In this document: one piece after another, positions 8,683-19,162 of the stretch
How positions within the stretch are numbered: position 1 is the stretch's first letter
Layout: each line of letters begins with the position of its first letter
Origin: Planctomycetota bacterium
GTDB lineage: Bacteria > Planctomycetota > PLA2 > JAEUHO01
Direction of reading: 5' to 3'
DNA: 64,000 bases
Assembly (NCBI GenBank): GCA_965222115.1
Contig: CBDCTJ010000007.1
Coordinates: 160,001-224,000, forward strand
The notes under the pieces: generated by a model
What the model was told of the DNA's origin: nothing
The model's input: only the letters and a program-made list of their open reading frames with translations
Database searches by the model: none
Translations under genes and position numbers: made by a program

Positions 8683-10389
8683 CTAGTGATCGACATACTT
8701 CTTCTCAAGCGTCGATCGCCCCACGTCGATCACATCGTCGCGCGAAGCACCCGAGCCAAAGTTCACGCGAACCCGGTAGCGCCCGGGCACGAGATAGCCA
8801 AGCCACTGGTGTGGGTTCTCTCGATCGTCTAGGCTGCGCCACCGCGACTGCCCCATCATCAGGCGTTCATGGTTCGTCACCGAGATCGTCGCGTTGGCGT
8901 CACTCCTCTTGCCATCGACGAGCGCATGAAGCGTGACGGCGGTTCGGGGCACGACCCCTTCAAAGCGAATGGCCGCCGGCGTATCAGCAACCAACGTCAC
9001 GGTCTTGGTCATGGGTGGGCCGTATCGGTTGTACGTAAGTGTATCGCCCTCACGAACGTCTTCGAGTGAAGCAGCGACTTCACCCAAGAGAACACCGTCA
9101 AAGATAAGTGGCGACCTGATGTGCCCACCCTTTGACGGCGGCAGCCTGCCGTGGAATGTGCGACCTGTCGTAGTATGACGAATTGCAGGCCGACCCACGC
9201 GACTAAAGTGAATCTCCTTGCCCGATACGTTGAGCAACGTCACAGACACGCGGGTAGCGGGGTCCAACGCAAACTGGAGCTCCCGGTGCAGCGCGCTTGA
9301 AGAAAGTTCAAAGGTCTGAGACAACGAATCAGCGAATCCCTTGGCGGTCACAAACGCTGAGAGCCGCGCCAAGGGAAGATCGAAGAACGAAACCCGGCCC
9401 AACGCATCCGTGGTCTTGGAGGCCGGCTCACCGTCGCGCCCACGAGACTTCAAGTCGATGATTACGCGCGCGTTCTTGACGACTGCGTCGTTGTCACGCC
9501 TTCGGACGATGCACGTCACCGACGATCCAGCAAGTATCAGGTCCTTGGTTACCTTGTGAGATCCCGCACCGATAGCAACAACGTGTTTAAGCGCAGCGGG
9601 CCCACTTCCCCCTTTTTGCCACCACGTGTAGTTCCATCGCCCCCCTCGGAAATCGCATGGCGCGCCGTCCACCCTCAACGTGTACTCGCCGGGCGTCAGC
9701 ACCGCCTGATAGCGCCCCTCCGCGGATGTCGTTACACTGAACCAGCTTCGCGGAGTAGATCGCGCGAGACCTGTGCCTGTGACGCGGCGATTCGCAACGG
9801 GGGCACCATTTCGCAGCACGCGGCCCGTGAGCCAAACGAGTCCCACTGGACTTCGCAACGTCACCACGTTGTGCTGGCGGGGCAGGACATCAACTACCTT
9901 CGATACGGACATATGCGAGAATCCGACCTCGCAATACACCCTTCCGGGCTTTAGCTCGTTCACGTGAACTTCGCCATCTGCGTCGGTCACGGATTTGGCG
10001 AGCGAATCATTCGTGGGTTGATCGCCATGCATGGCCCGCACGCGCGTACCAAATCCGGGGAGCGGAGTACCGTCGGGCATCAAGACGCGAATCAATAGTT
10101 CGCACGTGCCCTGTTCTTCGCCAGATGAGACCCGCGCAGACACATCCCCTTGCGGATCACGTTGCGGAGCTCCGATCAACATCGGCTGCTCTACAGCGCC
10201 CTTCCGTTCATCTTCGTCGCCTTGAACGTCTGGCAACGAGTTGCTTTGATCTAAATGGTAGAGCGCAACCGCAAGCAGGCCGGCAAGACAGCACGCAATC
10301 GGAAGCAACCAGCGAGTCGTAGTTGAATTTCGTCGCGCGCGTTTATCGCCGGCCAAACGACGCTCCGCCTTGTATGGACTGAATCGCAT
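8683..10389 (-). CDS. Membrane-anchored carboxypeptidase-regulatory-like (Ig/transthyretin-like) repeat protein
   Basis: TM segment followed by repeated xTDAxGx...LxPG beta modules (VTDADGEV, TTSAEGRY, TTDALGRV). Confidence 0.65.
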   Translation of the reverse strand: MRFSPYKAERRLAGDKRARRNSTTTRWLLPIACCLAGLLAVALYHLDQSNSLPDVQGDEDERKGAVEQPMLIGAPQRDPQGDVSARVSSGEEQGTCELLIRVLMPDGTPLPGFGTRVRAMHGDQPTNDSLAKSVTDADGEVHVNELKPGRVYCEVGFSHMSVSKVVDVLPRQHNVVTLRSPVGLVWLTGRVLRNGAPVANRRVTGTGLARSTPRSWFSVTTSAEGRYQAVLTPGEYTLRVDGAPCDFRGGRWNYTWWQKGGSGPAALKHVVAIGAGSHKVTKDLILAGSSVTCIVRRRDNDAVVKNARVIIDLKSRGRDGEPASKTTDALGRVSFFDLPLARLSAFVTAKGFADSLSQTFELSSSALHRELQFALDPATRVSVTLLNVSGKEIHFSRVGRPAIRHTTTGRTFHGRLPPSKGGHIRSPLIFDGVLLGEVAASLEDVREGDTLTYNRYGPPMTKTVTLVADTPAAIRFEGVVPRTAVTLHALVDGKRSDANATISVTNHERLMMGQSRWRSLDDRENPHQWLGYLVPGRYRVRVNFGSGASRDDVIDVGRSTLEKKYVDH

Positions 10390-11308
10390 TCGAGGCCGCT
10401 TCCTTTACATGCTGCGACGTTTCGGACTGAAGTGACTGCTCCAAGTCTTCAATGACGGCCTTTCGCTTCGTGTGGCCCAGCCCCCTCGCTGCTGCGGCTC
10501 GTGCACGCGCCAGCTTGTCGCTGAACAGCGCGTCTTTGAGACGCTCCACGGCGTCGTCGGTATTGAGATAGCCAATCGCTTCCAACGATGCCGAACGAAT
10601 ACTGTCCTTCTTGTGGCGGGAGTACTTCATCAACGTCTTGATGACGGCCTTACGTGTAGGCGCGCACTTCGCCACCGCCAAGGCGCACTCAGACACCACT
10701 TCGGCCTTGGTACGCTTGGAGGTCATGACGTCGAGTAACGGTATGGCAGCATCCCATGACTTAGTACGCCCTAGCGCTTGAGCGGCGGAATGCGCAATTA
10801 AAAACGCCTTGTGCTTCAGCGCATCCTTACCGCACAGGAATTGAACAGCGGCAAGATTGCCGATCTCCGCCAGCGCATCAAACGCATGCTTGACGTATTC
10901 ATGATTCTTATTCTTGGTGGCAAATTTTATAAGCGCGTCGCGTTCGGCACGCTTTCCGGATGTACCCATACGGCGGATCTTGCGCTCGACCTCCACGCGG
11001 CTCTTGGTCTTGTGGAGGTCCTTGACGAGCACCTTGACTTCGCGCTTGTGCGCTTTGAGTGCATCTCCTTTGAGTTCAGGCTCGGGCTTCTCGTCGGCCT
11101 TCTTCTTTGACGACTCCCCATCGTTTCCGGCACCCACCGAAGGATCATCGGCAAAGGGATCCTTCTCGTCTTCGTTTTCAGGCGCGCTCTTGGGCGTGTC
11201 GGTCTTTTCATCGGGCATCGCGTACGAAGTACCCCACCACGCAAAGAGCATGGCGATCGTCAACATCCATAACGCCGGGCAACAGATCCGATTGTGGTCG
11301 TGACTCAT
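10343..11308 (-). CDS. Secreted HEAT/PBS-lyase repeat protein
   Basis: Signal peptide from ATG 11308 (GGAG RBS); AHSAAQALG, IRSASLEAIG, ARAAAARGLG HEAT repeats. Confidence 0.75.
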   Translation of the reverse strand: MSHDHNRICCPALWMLTIAMLFAWWGTSYAMPDEKTDTPKSAPENEDEKDPFADDPSVGAGNDGESSKKKADEKPEPELKGDALKAHKREVKVLVKDLHKTKSRVEVERKIRRMGTSGKRAERDALIKFATKNKNHEYVKHAFDALAEIGNLAAVQFLCGKDALKHKAFLIAHSAAQALGRTKSWDAAIPLLDVMTSKRTKAEVVSECALAVAKCAPTRKAVIKTLMKYSRHKKDSIRSASLEAIGYLNTDDAVERLKDALFSDKLARARAAAARGLGHTKRKAVIEDLEQSLQSETSQHVKEAASNAIQSIQGGASFGRR

Positions 11309-11411
11309 CGTTTGCTCCCTTTCAGCGAGGTCTCGCGGACGCCCTAACGATAGTCTGGAATCGAACGGCCCACCGACGGCAGTCAATGGGGGCTGAGACG
11401 AAGAACGAGCG

Positions 11412-13019
11412 CTACGTACCGCTTGCTTCCGGATGTTCGTCGCTGTCGGACGTCGTCGCTTCCGCCTCACCGCCATCATCGGGAATCGTTCCGAGCACTG
11501 CGGGCAAGTCCACGCCTGCTTGTTTGGCAAGCTGGTGGACCGGCGGGAGCGAGCCAATCAAACCGCGCAGAAATCCGGCGGTCGCGCCGTTCTCGCCATT
11601 GCCTGCACCGGAGTCCCAGACGGTAACCTTGTCGATCTGAAGATTTTGCACGGCCTTAACTTGTTCGGCCACCAGTTGGGGCAGCACTTCCACCATCAGC
11701 AACGTGGGCGCCATGTCGGGGCGCTCGCCACAAATCTTCAAGAGGTCTTCGTACCCCTTCGCCTTTGCTTCGAGCACGCGCTGGCGGCCTTCCGCCTCGG
11801 CGTTGTACTTGGCAAGAATCGAGTCGGCTTCACCCTTGGCGATGCGGCGGATCTTCTCTGCCTCGGCTTCCGCCTCGATCTCAATCATCTCGCGTTCGAT
11901 CTGTTTCTGAACGATTTCTTCCTTTTGTAGTCTGGCGAGTTCTTGTTCACGCTCCGCCATGAGTACATCGCGCCGCGCGTTGGCTAACGCCACTTCACCG
12001 CGACGCCGCGCATCTGCCTGTCGCTCTTCCAACGTCGCGGTGTAGTCGGCGATTTGAGCCTTGGATGTGTTCTCCCCCTCTACAGCACTGGCTTCCAACG
12101 TTGCAATTTCGATACGCTGCTTCGCTTCGGCCGCCTTGGCACCCTGAATAGCAAGCGCCTTTTGCTCCGCAACCGACACATCCTGCTCACGACTCGCCTC
12201 GGCCTCGCCCGCAATACCCTCGGCCTCCAGGGCGGAAACGCGCACACGTTGATCGCGCTCCGCTTCTTTACGACCCATCGCCGCCTGCGCAAGCTGTTCT
12301 GCAACCTTGACCTCTTGATCGCGCTTGGCCGTGGCTTCACCAATAGCGCCTTCGCGCAACGCTTCGGCCACTTCGATCTTCGCTTTGTTGATGGCGTCGG
12401 CAGCGGCCTTCTTACCAATCGCGTCGATGTAGCCGGAGTCATCCGTGATGTCACGGATGTTTACGTTGATGACGTCGAGCCCAATTTTGTTGAGCTCAAT
12501 GCCGACGTTCTTGTTCACGAGGTCGAGGAAAGTCTCACGGTCTTGGTTGATCTGCTCAATGGTGAGCGTGGCGATGACGAGGCGCATCTGACCAAGAATG
12601 ATGTCTCGCGCCTGGGCTGCGATGTCGCGCGTTTCGAGTCCCAACAGACGCTCGGCGGCATTGGCCATGATGTTTGGACTCGTCGATACACCAATCGTAA
12701 ACGTGGACGGCACATCCACACGAATGTTCTTCTTGGAGAGCGCGCCCGTGAGCTCAATGTCAATGGTCAGCGGTTCAAGCGATATGTAGGCGTAATCCTG
12801 AATGACCGGCCACACCATCACGCCGCCACCGTGGATACAGCGTGCCGCCTGATTGTCGCCCACCTTGCCATACACCACCAACACGCGGTTGGAAGGGCAG
12901 CGCTTGTAGCGTTTGACAAAGAAGATGATCAGAAACAGGACCAGCAGAAAAACAATACCGATCAGAATCGGTCCCAAGCTGCTGTCCGGCATCTCAAGGG
13001 CTAATGGAAGCTGCGTCAT
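11412..13019 (-). CDS. Flotillin family SPFH/band-7 protein
   Basis: TM + KRYKRCPSNRVLVVYG, SPFH domain, AEA-rich coiled coil, IDKVTVWDSG. Confidence 0.93.
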   Translation of the reverse strand: MTQLPLALEMPDSSLGPILIGIVFLLVLFLIIFFVKRYKRCPSNRVLVVYGKVGDNQAARCIHGGGVMVWPVIQDYAYISLEPLTIDIELTGALSKKNIRVDVPSTFTIGVSTSPNIMANAAERLLGLETRDIAAQARDIILGQMRLVIATLTIEQINQDRETFLDLVNKNVGIELNKIGLDVINVNIRDITDDSGYIDAIGKKAAADAINKAKIEVAEALREGAIGEATAKRDQEVKVAEQLAQAAMGRKEAERDQRVRVSALEAEGIAGEAEASREQDVSVAEQKALAIQGAKAAEAKQRIEIATLEASAVEGENTSKAQIADYTATLEERQADARRRGEVALANARRDVLMAEREQELARLQKEEIVQKQIEREMIEIEAEAEAEKIRRIAKGEADSILAKYNAEAEGRQRVLEAKAKGYEDLLKICGERPDMAPTLLMVEVLPQLVAEQVKAVQNLQIDKVTVWDSGAGNGENGATAGFLRGLIGSLPPVHQLAKQAGVDLPAVLGTIPDDGGEAEATTSDSDEHPEASGT

Positions 13020-13091
13020 CACGCTCTCCTCGTTGCTCTGTAGTCCAAATGCGGACAAAGCGCGCGGCCTTGCCAGCGTAAGAAACGTCCG

Positions 13092-13751
13092 CTACGCGGG
13101 TTCAACTATTAGCGTTTCGCCTTCAAGCACATCCACGACTTTGACGGCAGTAAACGAATCGATAGGACCCGACGTACTCACTGCCGGCAGGACCTTTTGA
13201 TTGCCGTCGATGTCTACTTGGATCTGCCCCTCGCCCTTTCCGCGTTCCGGGATGCGAAGATAGACGCGCGCAATCTTGCCGATGGCGTTTTTGGGATTGT
13301 AACCCCCTGCGACATTCATGCGACGCATCTGGAACAGACCAAATGAAGAGATGAACATAAGAAACGTCCCGAAGACAAACGCCGCGAAGAAGGCGGCCAC
13401 GCTACTCATGCCCCATTCGGCCCGGCAGGCAAGCCCCATCCACCCTGCGCCCATCAGAAACGAAATGACGGAGAGGATTGAGAACATGGAGAAGTCGCCG
13501 GTATGTGCCTCTAACCCGCCGTCCATATCGGCGTCGAAATCGGCGTCGGCGTCAATGCCCACAAACAGTGTGAGCAAAAGCTTGACCACGAAGATCGCCG
13601 TTCCAAATACGGCCATCACCCCATAGATTGTGATGTCGGAAAACTTCGTGAAATCGAGCACATCGGTCCACGAGAAAGCCAACGGAGTAATGAGCGAGCC
13701 AATCCCCGCGATCTGGGTTTCTATCAGCACCGTCGCTGCCATCATTTCCAA
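13092..13751 (-). CDS. NfeD-like membrane partner of flotillin (C-terminal OB fold)
   Basis: 3 TM helices and IGKIARVYLRIP..GEGQIQV...VKVVDV..ETLIVEP; directly upstream of flotillin. Confidence 0.85.
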   Translation of the reverse strand: MEMMAATVLIETQIAGIGSLITPLAFSWTDVLDFTKFSDITIYGVMAVFGTAIFVVKLLLTLFVGIDADADFDADMDGGLEAHTGDFSMFSILSVISFLMGAGWMGLACRAEWGMSSVAAFFAAFVFGTFLMFISSFGLFQMRRMNVAGGYNPKNAIGKIARVYLRIPERGKGEGQIQVDIDGNQKVLPAVSTSGPIDSFTAVKVVDVLEGETLIVEPA

Positions 13752-13941
13752 CCTCGTACTCCGCAGATTGGCGACGCTGCCTCCTGCGTTGATAGACTTT
13801 ACTCGACCGTCACGGGTACGTCATGCTCGTGCTGCCCGCCATTCTGCTCGGCCGACACGCCATAACTCGCTTTCGAGTTGCGGTCGGTTCGAGATGGAGC
13901 CGCGTGTTCAATCCGCAAACGAACATGACTCGTGAGCCACT

Positions 13942-14787
13942 CTAGCTGACAGGATCAAACCAGATCTCAATCTCATCCGTCAGCGGTCGATACCCAATCG
14001 CGGGATAAATCTTGTTGGTGGTCTTGTTGGCGAGATCGGTATATAGCGTCGTAAACGACTTTCCGCTATCCAACATTCGCGCGGTAAGCGCTGCCGTCAC
14101 GTTGGACGCATAGCCCCGTCCGCGATGCCTCGGTGGGGTGTACACAAGTGAAACCGAGGCGCCGCGCGGCGTTTTGCGTGACGTCATGGCGGTGCTCACG
14201 GGTTCACCGTCTACGTCCCAGAGAATCATGGCGCCGACACTGAGGGCGCGGTCTACATACGCCTCTACGTTGGTGGGCGCCTCGGACGCAACGTCCACCA
14301 TGAACGCCCGACACCAATCAATCAACAACAGACGGTCGTCAACTGTCGCTGGACGCATCGCGCCGTGAGTCGGCTGTGGTTCGATGACTTTATGACACAC
14401 GTAGATGCGCTGTGCCCGGCCTTCGCGCATGGTCACGGATCGCGAGCCTGACCACAACGCCGCGAACGCACGTGCGCGCGTGAGCTCGCCCTGAACGCCA
14501 GGAACCGCGTCGAGTCGCTCTGCAATGGAATGCGCGAGCGGAGCGATGGCGTCCATGGGGAGATCCGACAACAAGACCTTATGCCCGGGTGTGCGCATGG
14601 TGACGCCAACGATGTCGTCGGCTTCTTGCACGGTGGCGAATACAAACTCTTCGCCCTGGGCCTGTTCGCCCGCAAAACGCCTCGCAAGGCCGAGCAGTAG
14701 ACCATAGCGCTCTTCATCGGCTTCAAGAAACGGTGCAACGTGTCTAAGGAACGACGCGGCATCCTCATGGTGATGGACGGAGATCAT
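13942..14787 (-). CDS. GNAT family N-acetyltransferase
   Basis: VYTPPRHRGRGYAS, LYTDLANKTTNKIYPAIGY; ATGA overlap with DUF899. Confidence 0.9.
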   Translation of the reverse strand: MISVHHHEDAASFLRHVAPFLEADEERYGLLLGLARRFAGEQAQGEEFVFATVQEADDIVGVTMRTPGHKVLLSDLPMDAIAPLAHSIAERLDAVPGVQGELTRARAFAALWSGSRSVTMREGRAQRIYVCHKVIEPQPTHGAMRPATVDDRLLLIDWCRAFMVDVASEAPTNVEAYVDRALSVGAMILWDVDGEPVSTAMTSRKTPRGASVSLVYTPPRHRGRGYASNVTAALTARMLDSGKSFTTLYTDLANKTTNKIYPAIGYRPLTDEIEIWFDPVS

Positions 14788-15491
14788 GCGTAGAGATCGT
14801 GGTGCTTGACCCACGCCATCGAGAATGGCAAGCCGGCCTCGTCACGTCCATTGGGCACTAGGTCGAGCAAGTTGTAGATGCCGAGAATGTTCTCTAGCCC
14901 ACGAGCATAGGCGGAGTACGTGTGGTACACGGCATCGTCTTCACCCTTGGCAAACGCACTAATACCCGGCGCTTCCTCACCCATCGTTGCACGGCCTTGC
15001 TTGTAGTTGTAATAGACCTGCCCGGCGCGAACGTCTTCATCAGCAAACGACACATGGAAGTCCTGATTAAACGTGGTCTTGAGGGATGAAAACCACGGGA
15101 AGGACCACCCCATACGTTTCTTGAACGTCTCAAGCGCATGAACCGGCGCACGAGAAATCGTCACCATGGACACGTCTCGCTGCGCCAAGTGTTGCACAAG
15201 CGGGTTGTAGTGATCGGCACACATCGAACAAATCTTGCACCCCGATGGCCAGTCAGGCGCGAACATGAAGTGGTACACCAGCAACTGCGAATGTTGCCCG
15301 AACAACTCCGAGAGGCGCACATCGCCGCCGGGACCTTGAAACACATAGTCCTCTTCGACTCGCACCCAGGGCAACGCCTGCCGCGCCGCCGTCAGCGCCT
15401 CACGGGCCTTCGAAAACGCCTTCTCCTTGGCCAGCAACTCCTTGCGCGCTTCCGTCCACGCTTCACGGGTCACAACGGTGGGTTGATTCAT
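14784..15491 (-). CDS. DUF899 family thioredoxin-like protein
   Basis: ARKELLAKEK, LPWVRVEEDYVF, QLLVYHFMF, GCKICS, RMGWSFPWFSS, YHTYSAYARG. Confidence 0.92.
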   Translation of the reverse strand: MNQPTVVTREAWTEARKELLAKEKAFSKAREALTAARQALPWVRVEEDYVFQGPGGDVRLSELFGQHSQLLVYHFMFAPDWPSGCKICSMCADHYNPLVQHLAQRDVSMVTISRAPVHALETFKKRMGWSFPWFSSLKTTFNQDFHVSFADEDVRAGQVYYNYKQGRATMGEEAPGISAFAKGEDDAVYHTYSAYARGLENILGIYNLLDLVPNGRDEAGLPFSMAWVKHHDLYA

Positions 15492-15616
15492 GGCGGGCCT
15501 TTCGTTGAACGTCCGCCGAGAAATCTACCGCCTCCATTGCGCCGGGCCTGCTTTCGCAGGGACCGCAAAAGAGCAATCCGGCTTGGCGTGTCGCCGTTGA
15601 TGGCATTCGCGAAGCT

Positions 15617-17347
15617 CTAATCACCAAGTCCCATGGATCGAATGAATGGATTGGCCAAGGCCCATCGCGCCTCTGCGCTAGGCAACCACTGCCTGCGGGC
15701 AATGAGCCACTGCTTGTGTCCAAGCCCCAATCGAGCCTTGGCCCGCTCGTTATTCCACGCATACATTTTGCCAGGGTGAATCGCATGATCAATGTCACTG
15801 GCGTGGAGTGCGTCCCACCACGCGTCGTAGAATCTCTGCATACGACTGCAGTTGATTCCATCGACCTCAAAAACGCACGTGATGGGAAATCGTGTACACC
15901 CAGCATAGGCGCTTCCCCCTTTTACGAAGCGCATAGCCATGGCACCCGGAATCGGCCGTTCGTCCGTCAGGGCACGAAGGGCAAGATCCAGAACGGCGAC
16001 GGAATCCTTCGCCGCGACCGCAACAGCGGAGCTCGCAATCTTTCCTTTGGTGTCTGTCGGACCAAAAATGCAGGCAGGCGTGCCAATGCTTGTGTGGTTG
16101 GGCGGGAATCGTTCCTTTAGGAGTCGCGTAATCAGCTCGGGAATCGCGGCGTCCCAAAACTTTCGTTTGACCCAACCTCGGTCCAACGAATCAAACCGGC
16201 ATGTGAGTTCTACAAGGAGATCATTGGCATCTGGAACGTCAGGAAGCAACCCCGCGTTTTCGAGTTTCTTCATTGCCGCCTGAGTACTGAGTGACTGAAG
16301 GCAACCTGCCGCCTCCGCGCCTTGATCGCCTCCCCACGACTTGAGCATACGTGCCAAGGTCCGACTTACTTGAACCAATGGCGTAATGTGATCCTTCGTT
16401 GTGCATGTGGGCGAGGCACCCGATGTGTCCTCGTGCATCAACGTCACAAGTGTCTGATCATCGGCGCCGGGCGCGTAGGGGTTAATTAGAACTTCGAAGT
16501 GATACGGCGTCTTACCTGCATTAGGGTGACTCAATCCGGAGGGTTCACCCGCGCGCATGGCCTGCCTCATTGATTCATCTAACGGTAATGGATGACGGCG
16601 AACGGAAAGCAAGTACGGATCGCGAACTTTGATCATGACCGCCAAAATCACGCCGAATGAACCCAGTGAAACACGTGCGGCGTCGAAGTGGTCGGCCCGT
16701 TTAATGCGTTCAGCGCCTCCCAGCTCTCTCAACAGAGCATCGGTTGCAACCGGTCTATGCTCGGACTCAAGCCACCTTGTCTTGCCCGATCCGGTGGCGA
16801 TGTGAAGCCCCACGACGTAATCCTGCATGGATCCATCGTGAAGCGCCGCGCCATGAACACCGGTTGAGATCGCGCCCGCGATACTCTGACCGTCGCTAGC
16901 CCCTGAAACAACTAGGCTAGCCTTGCGTTTCGGGTCGGCTGCCAAGATCGAATTAATCGTGTTTACGGTTGTGCCGGCACGAAACAAGCGAAGGTGTGGG
17001 TCATGTACACCTACGTTCGTAAGGGGCAACTCGCCCGAGAAATCGTTATCTATTAACTGAATACCCGGCACCGCGGCAACCTTTGAGAACGACCACGTGC
17101 TTCCAATTGTGCGAAACTCAGTTCCCTGGGCAACCGCATCGGCAAGGAATTTCTGGATTCGAGCCGCGCCTACGCGGTGACGCTCGTATGCATCGCCATG
17201 CGCAGCGTCTACGAGCGTGAGCTTCGCCGAGCACACCTGTTTAAACGTTTTACAGTAGTTCCACCAACTTGTAGGACTGTCTGAGTTGCAATCGCTAGAC
17301 TGCGCATTCGGCTTAGATTGCGTATTCGGCTTGTCTTCGACAGTCAT
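15617..17347 (-). CDS. FAD-binding oxidoreductase (VAO/PCMH, aldonolactone oxidase-like)
   Basis: IGSTWSFS, AGTTV, GASDGQSIAGAISTGVHG, RVSLGSFGVI, C-terminal HPGK. Confidence 0.8.
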   Translation of the reverse strand: MTVEDKPNTQSKPNAQSSDCNSDSPTSWWNYCKTFKQVCSAKLTLVDAAHGDAYERHRVGAARIQKFLADAVAQGTEFRTIGSTWSFSKVAAVPGIQLIDNDFSGELPLTNVGVHDPHLRLFRAGTTVNTINSILAADPKRKASLVVSGASDGQSIAGAISTGVHGAALHDGSMQDYVVGLHIATGSGKTRWLESEHRPVATDALLRELGGAERIKRADHFDAARVSLGSFGVILAVMIKVRDPYLLSVRRHPLPLDESMRQAMRAGEPSGLSHPNAGKTPYHFEVLINPYAPGADDQTLVTLMHEDTSGASPTCTTKDHITPLVQVSRTLARMLKSWGGDQGAEAAGCLQSLSTQAAMKKLENAGLLPDVPDANDLLVELTCRFDSLDRGWVKRKFWDAAIPELITRLLKERFPPNHTSIGTPACIFGPTDTKGKIASSAVAVAAKDSVAVLDLALRALTDERPIPGAMAMRFVKGGSAYAGCTRFPITCVFEVDGINCSRMQRFYDAWWDALHASDIDHAIHPGKMYAWNNERAKARLGLGHKQWLIARRQWLPSAEARWALANPFIRSMGLGD

Positions 17348-17477
17348 TGCGTCCTCCTCTCACCATGCTTGCATTCACGTTAAGGTGTACGCGATGTATC
17401 GAATTTCCACAACCAGAATGCGCACAGTCCGACCAAATTTCGAAGGCTACAGGACCTTGCCGGCCCAAGATGGGGGC

Positions 17478-17840
17478 ATGATGAACTCCGGTAACCGCCC
17501 ATGGACCGACAAGCACTGCGTTCCCGCCAAGACATTGAAAGCGCCCATGGCCGCCGACGCCATTGCAACCGCGCTTGGCGACATTCACGAGGCGTGGCAA
17601 CTCTCAAGCGACGGGACGTGGATCTCGCGTCGTTATAGGTTTCGCAACTACTACGAGACCGTCTCGTTCGTCAACGCGGTGGCCTGGATTGCCCACACCG
17701 AAGATCACCACCCCGATATCGAATTTGGCTATCGCACGTGCACGATTCGCTATACGACGCACGCAGTGGATGGCATTACGGAGAATGACGTCACTTGCGC
17801 CGCAAAGATTGATGCGCTGATAACGCGCGACGAGGGATAA
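17478..17840 (+). CDS. phhB: Pterin-4-alpha-carbinolamine dehydratase
   Basis: YRFRNYYETVSFVNAVAWIAHTEDHHPDI...YTTHAVDGITENDVTCAAKID. Confidence 0.92.
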   Translation: MMNSGNRPWTDKHCVPAKTLKAPMAADAIATALGDIHEAWQLSSDGTWISRRYRFRNYYETVSFVNAVAWIAHTEDHHPDIEFGYRTCTIRYTTHAVDGITENDVTCAAKIDALITRDEG

Positions 17841-17845
17841 CCGGA

Positions 17846-19162
17846 TCACGGAGGCGTGGGCTGTGTCGCGGCGTCCAAGTCGAGGCGCCCGTGCCCGAGC
17901 AAACCCTCGTACTCCGGGTTGAGGAACAACATGAACTCGTCGGCGCCCTGCTGTATCGCCTGGACAACTTCTGATTGCCCACCGGGCCCCGAGGCCAGTT
18001 CCAACTCGCGCACGAGGGCATAGCACCCGGTAACAATCGCCGCGCTAAAGGACGTTCCCGACCACTTGCACGCTTTATCGTCTTCGACCGGGTAAGCACC
18101 GAGTAGCTCAAAGCCCGGCGCTGCTACGTCTACGCTCTCGCCATAGCTAGCAAAATCGCACTTGATGTCGCCTGGATCACCGGACGTGACCGACAGCGCA
18201 ATGCCGATTGTTGCGGGAAACGTAATTTCCTGATTGCCGGTGTTGCCCGCCGACGCGATCACAAGCACGGCATTGTCACGCGCATAGGCAATCGCTTGGC
18301 CAACAACGTAGGCTTGGTGCTCCATGCCGAGCGAGAGATTGATCACGTCTACACCGGCATCGGTCGCGCGCGTAATGGCTTCGGCCACGTGACTTGTGAG
18401 CCCCACATTGTCTGAGTTGAGAACGCGATAGGGAAGAATCTGCGCATTGGGCGCTAGGGCGAGAATCAAGCTGCTGACGAATGTGCCGTGGCCAAATCCC
18501 TCGTCGATGTATCCATCGTTGTCGTCGTCTACACCATTCATGACGTCGCTGGGATCGTCGTCATCGTCCACAAAGTCCCAACCGCCGGGCTCAATCTTTC
18601 CCTGCATGGCCACATGCGTCATCACCACGCCGGAGTCAATTACGGCCACGCGCACACCTGCGCCCGTTGCTCGCGAGCGCGCCTCCATGGCACCGATGCG
18701 AAGCAGTTCGGGTTGATCTTGAACGACCGCAAAGTCAAACAACTCCTCTCCGGCCGGTAACGTGGCGCCACCACCTTCCGGTGCCGACACAATGCGATCC
18801 AATTCACGATCCAAAACTCGGGTATCGCCTTCGATCTGATCGATGAAATCGTTTGCGGTGTCACTATCAGGAAATTCAACGACGAAGAAGTTGGTCTTGG
18901 GCACTTCTTTGATGGCCGTACTGCCGGTGCCATCGGCAATCTCCGTAACATCTTCGCCCGCCGCAGGCCGCACCAGCACGCGTGTGGGCTCTACGTTGGT
19001 ATCAAATGCACCGCCCCCGGTCGTGGGTTGAGGGTTGTTGCCACCGCCGCAAGCACCGAGGGTCATGCTCATCGCCAGCACACCCATGGCCAGCACACCC
19101 ATGGACACTGTCGTACCAGCGAACCAAAGCTTGCCCATCCGAACCAGTCGCACCGGGTTCAT
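17846..19162 (-). CDS. S8 (subtilisin-like) serine peptidase, lipoprotein
   Basis: Lipobox LGA-C; triad VAVIDSG / GHGTFV / SGTSFS; oxyanion ASAGN; ATGA overlap with the CHAT gene. Confidence 0.93.
   Translation of the reverse strand: MNPVRLVRMGKLWFAGTTVSMGVLAMGVLAMSMTLGACGGGNNPQPTTGGGAFDTNVEPTRVLVRPAAGEDVTEIADGTGSTAIKEVPKTNFFVVEFPDSDTANDFIDQIEGDTRVLDRELDRIVSAPEGGGATLPAGEELFDFAVVQDQPELLRIGAMEARSRATGAGVRVAVIDSGVVMTHVAMQGKIEPGGWDFVDDDDDPSDVMNGVDDDNDGYIDEGFGHGTFVSSLILALAPNAQILPYRVLNSDNVGLTSHVAEAITRATDAGVDVINLSLGMEHQAYVVGQAIAYARDNAVLVIASAGNTGNQEITFPATIGIALSVTSGDPGDIKCDFASYGESVDVAAPGFELLGAYPVEDDKACKWSGTSFSAAIVTGCYALVRELELASGPGGQSEVVQAIQQGADEFMLFLNPEYEGLLGHGRLDLDAATQPTPP

Noticed and set aside
8125-8832. 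Poly-Ser and poly-His ORFs on the + strand (8125-8832, 7922-8260)
   Set aside because: They are antisense shadows of the poly-Asp tail of the PepSY gene.
12054-13004. 316-aa + strand ORF and similar long antisense ORFs (e.g. 55625-56413, 57575-58549, 50175-51068)
   Set aside because: They lie opposite well-supported genes, show no motifs, and are expected in high-GC DNA.
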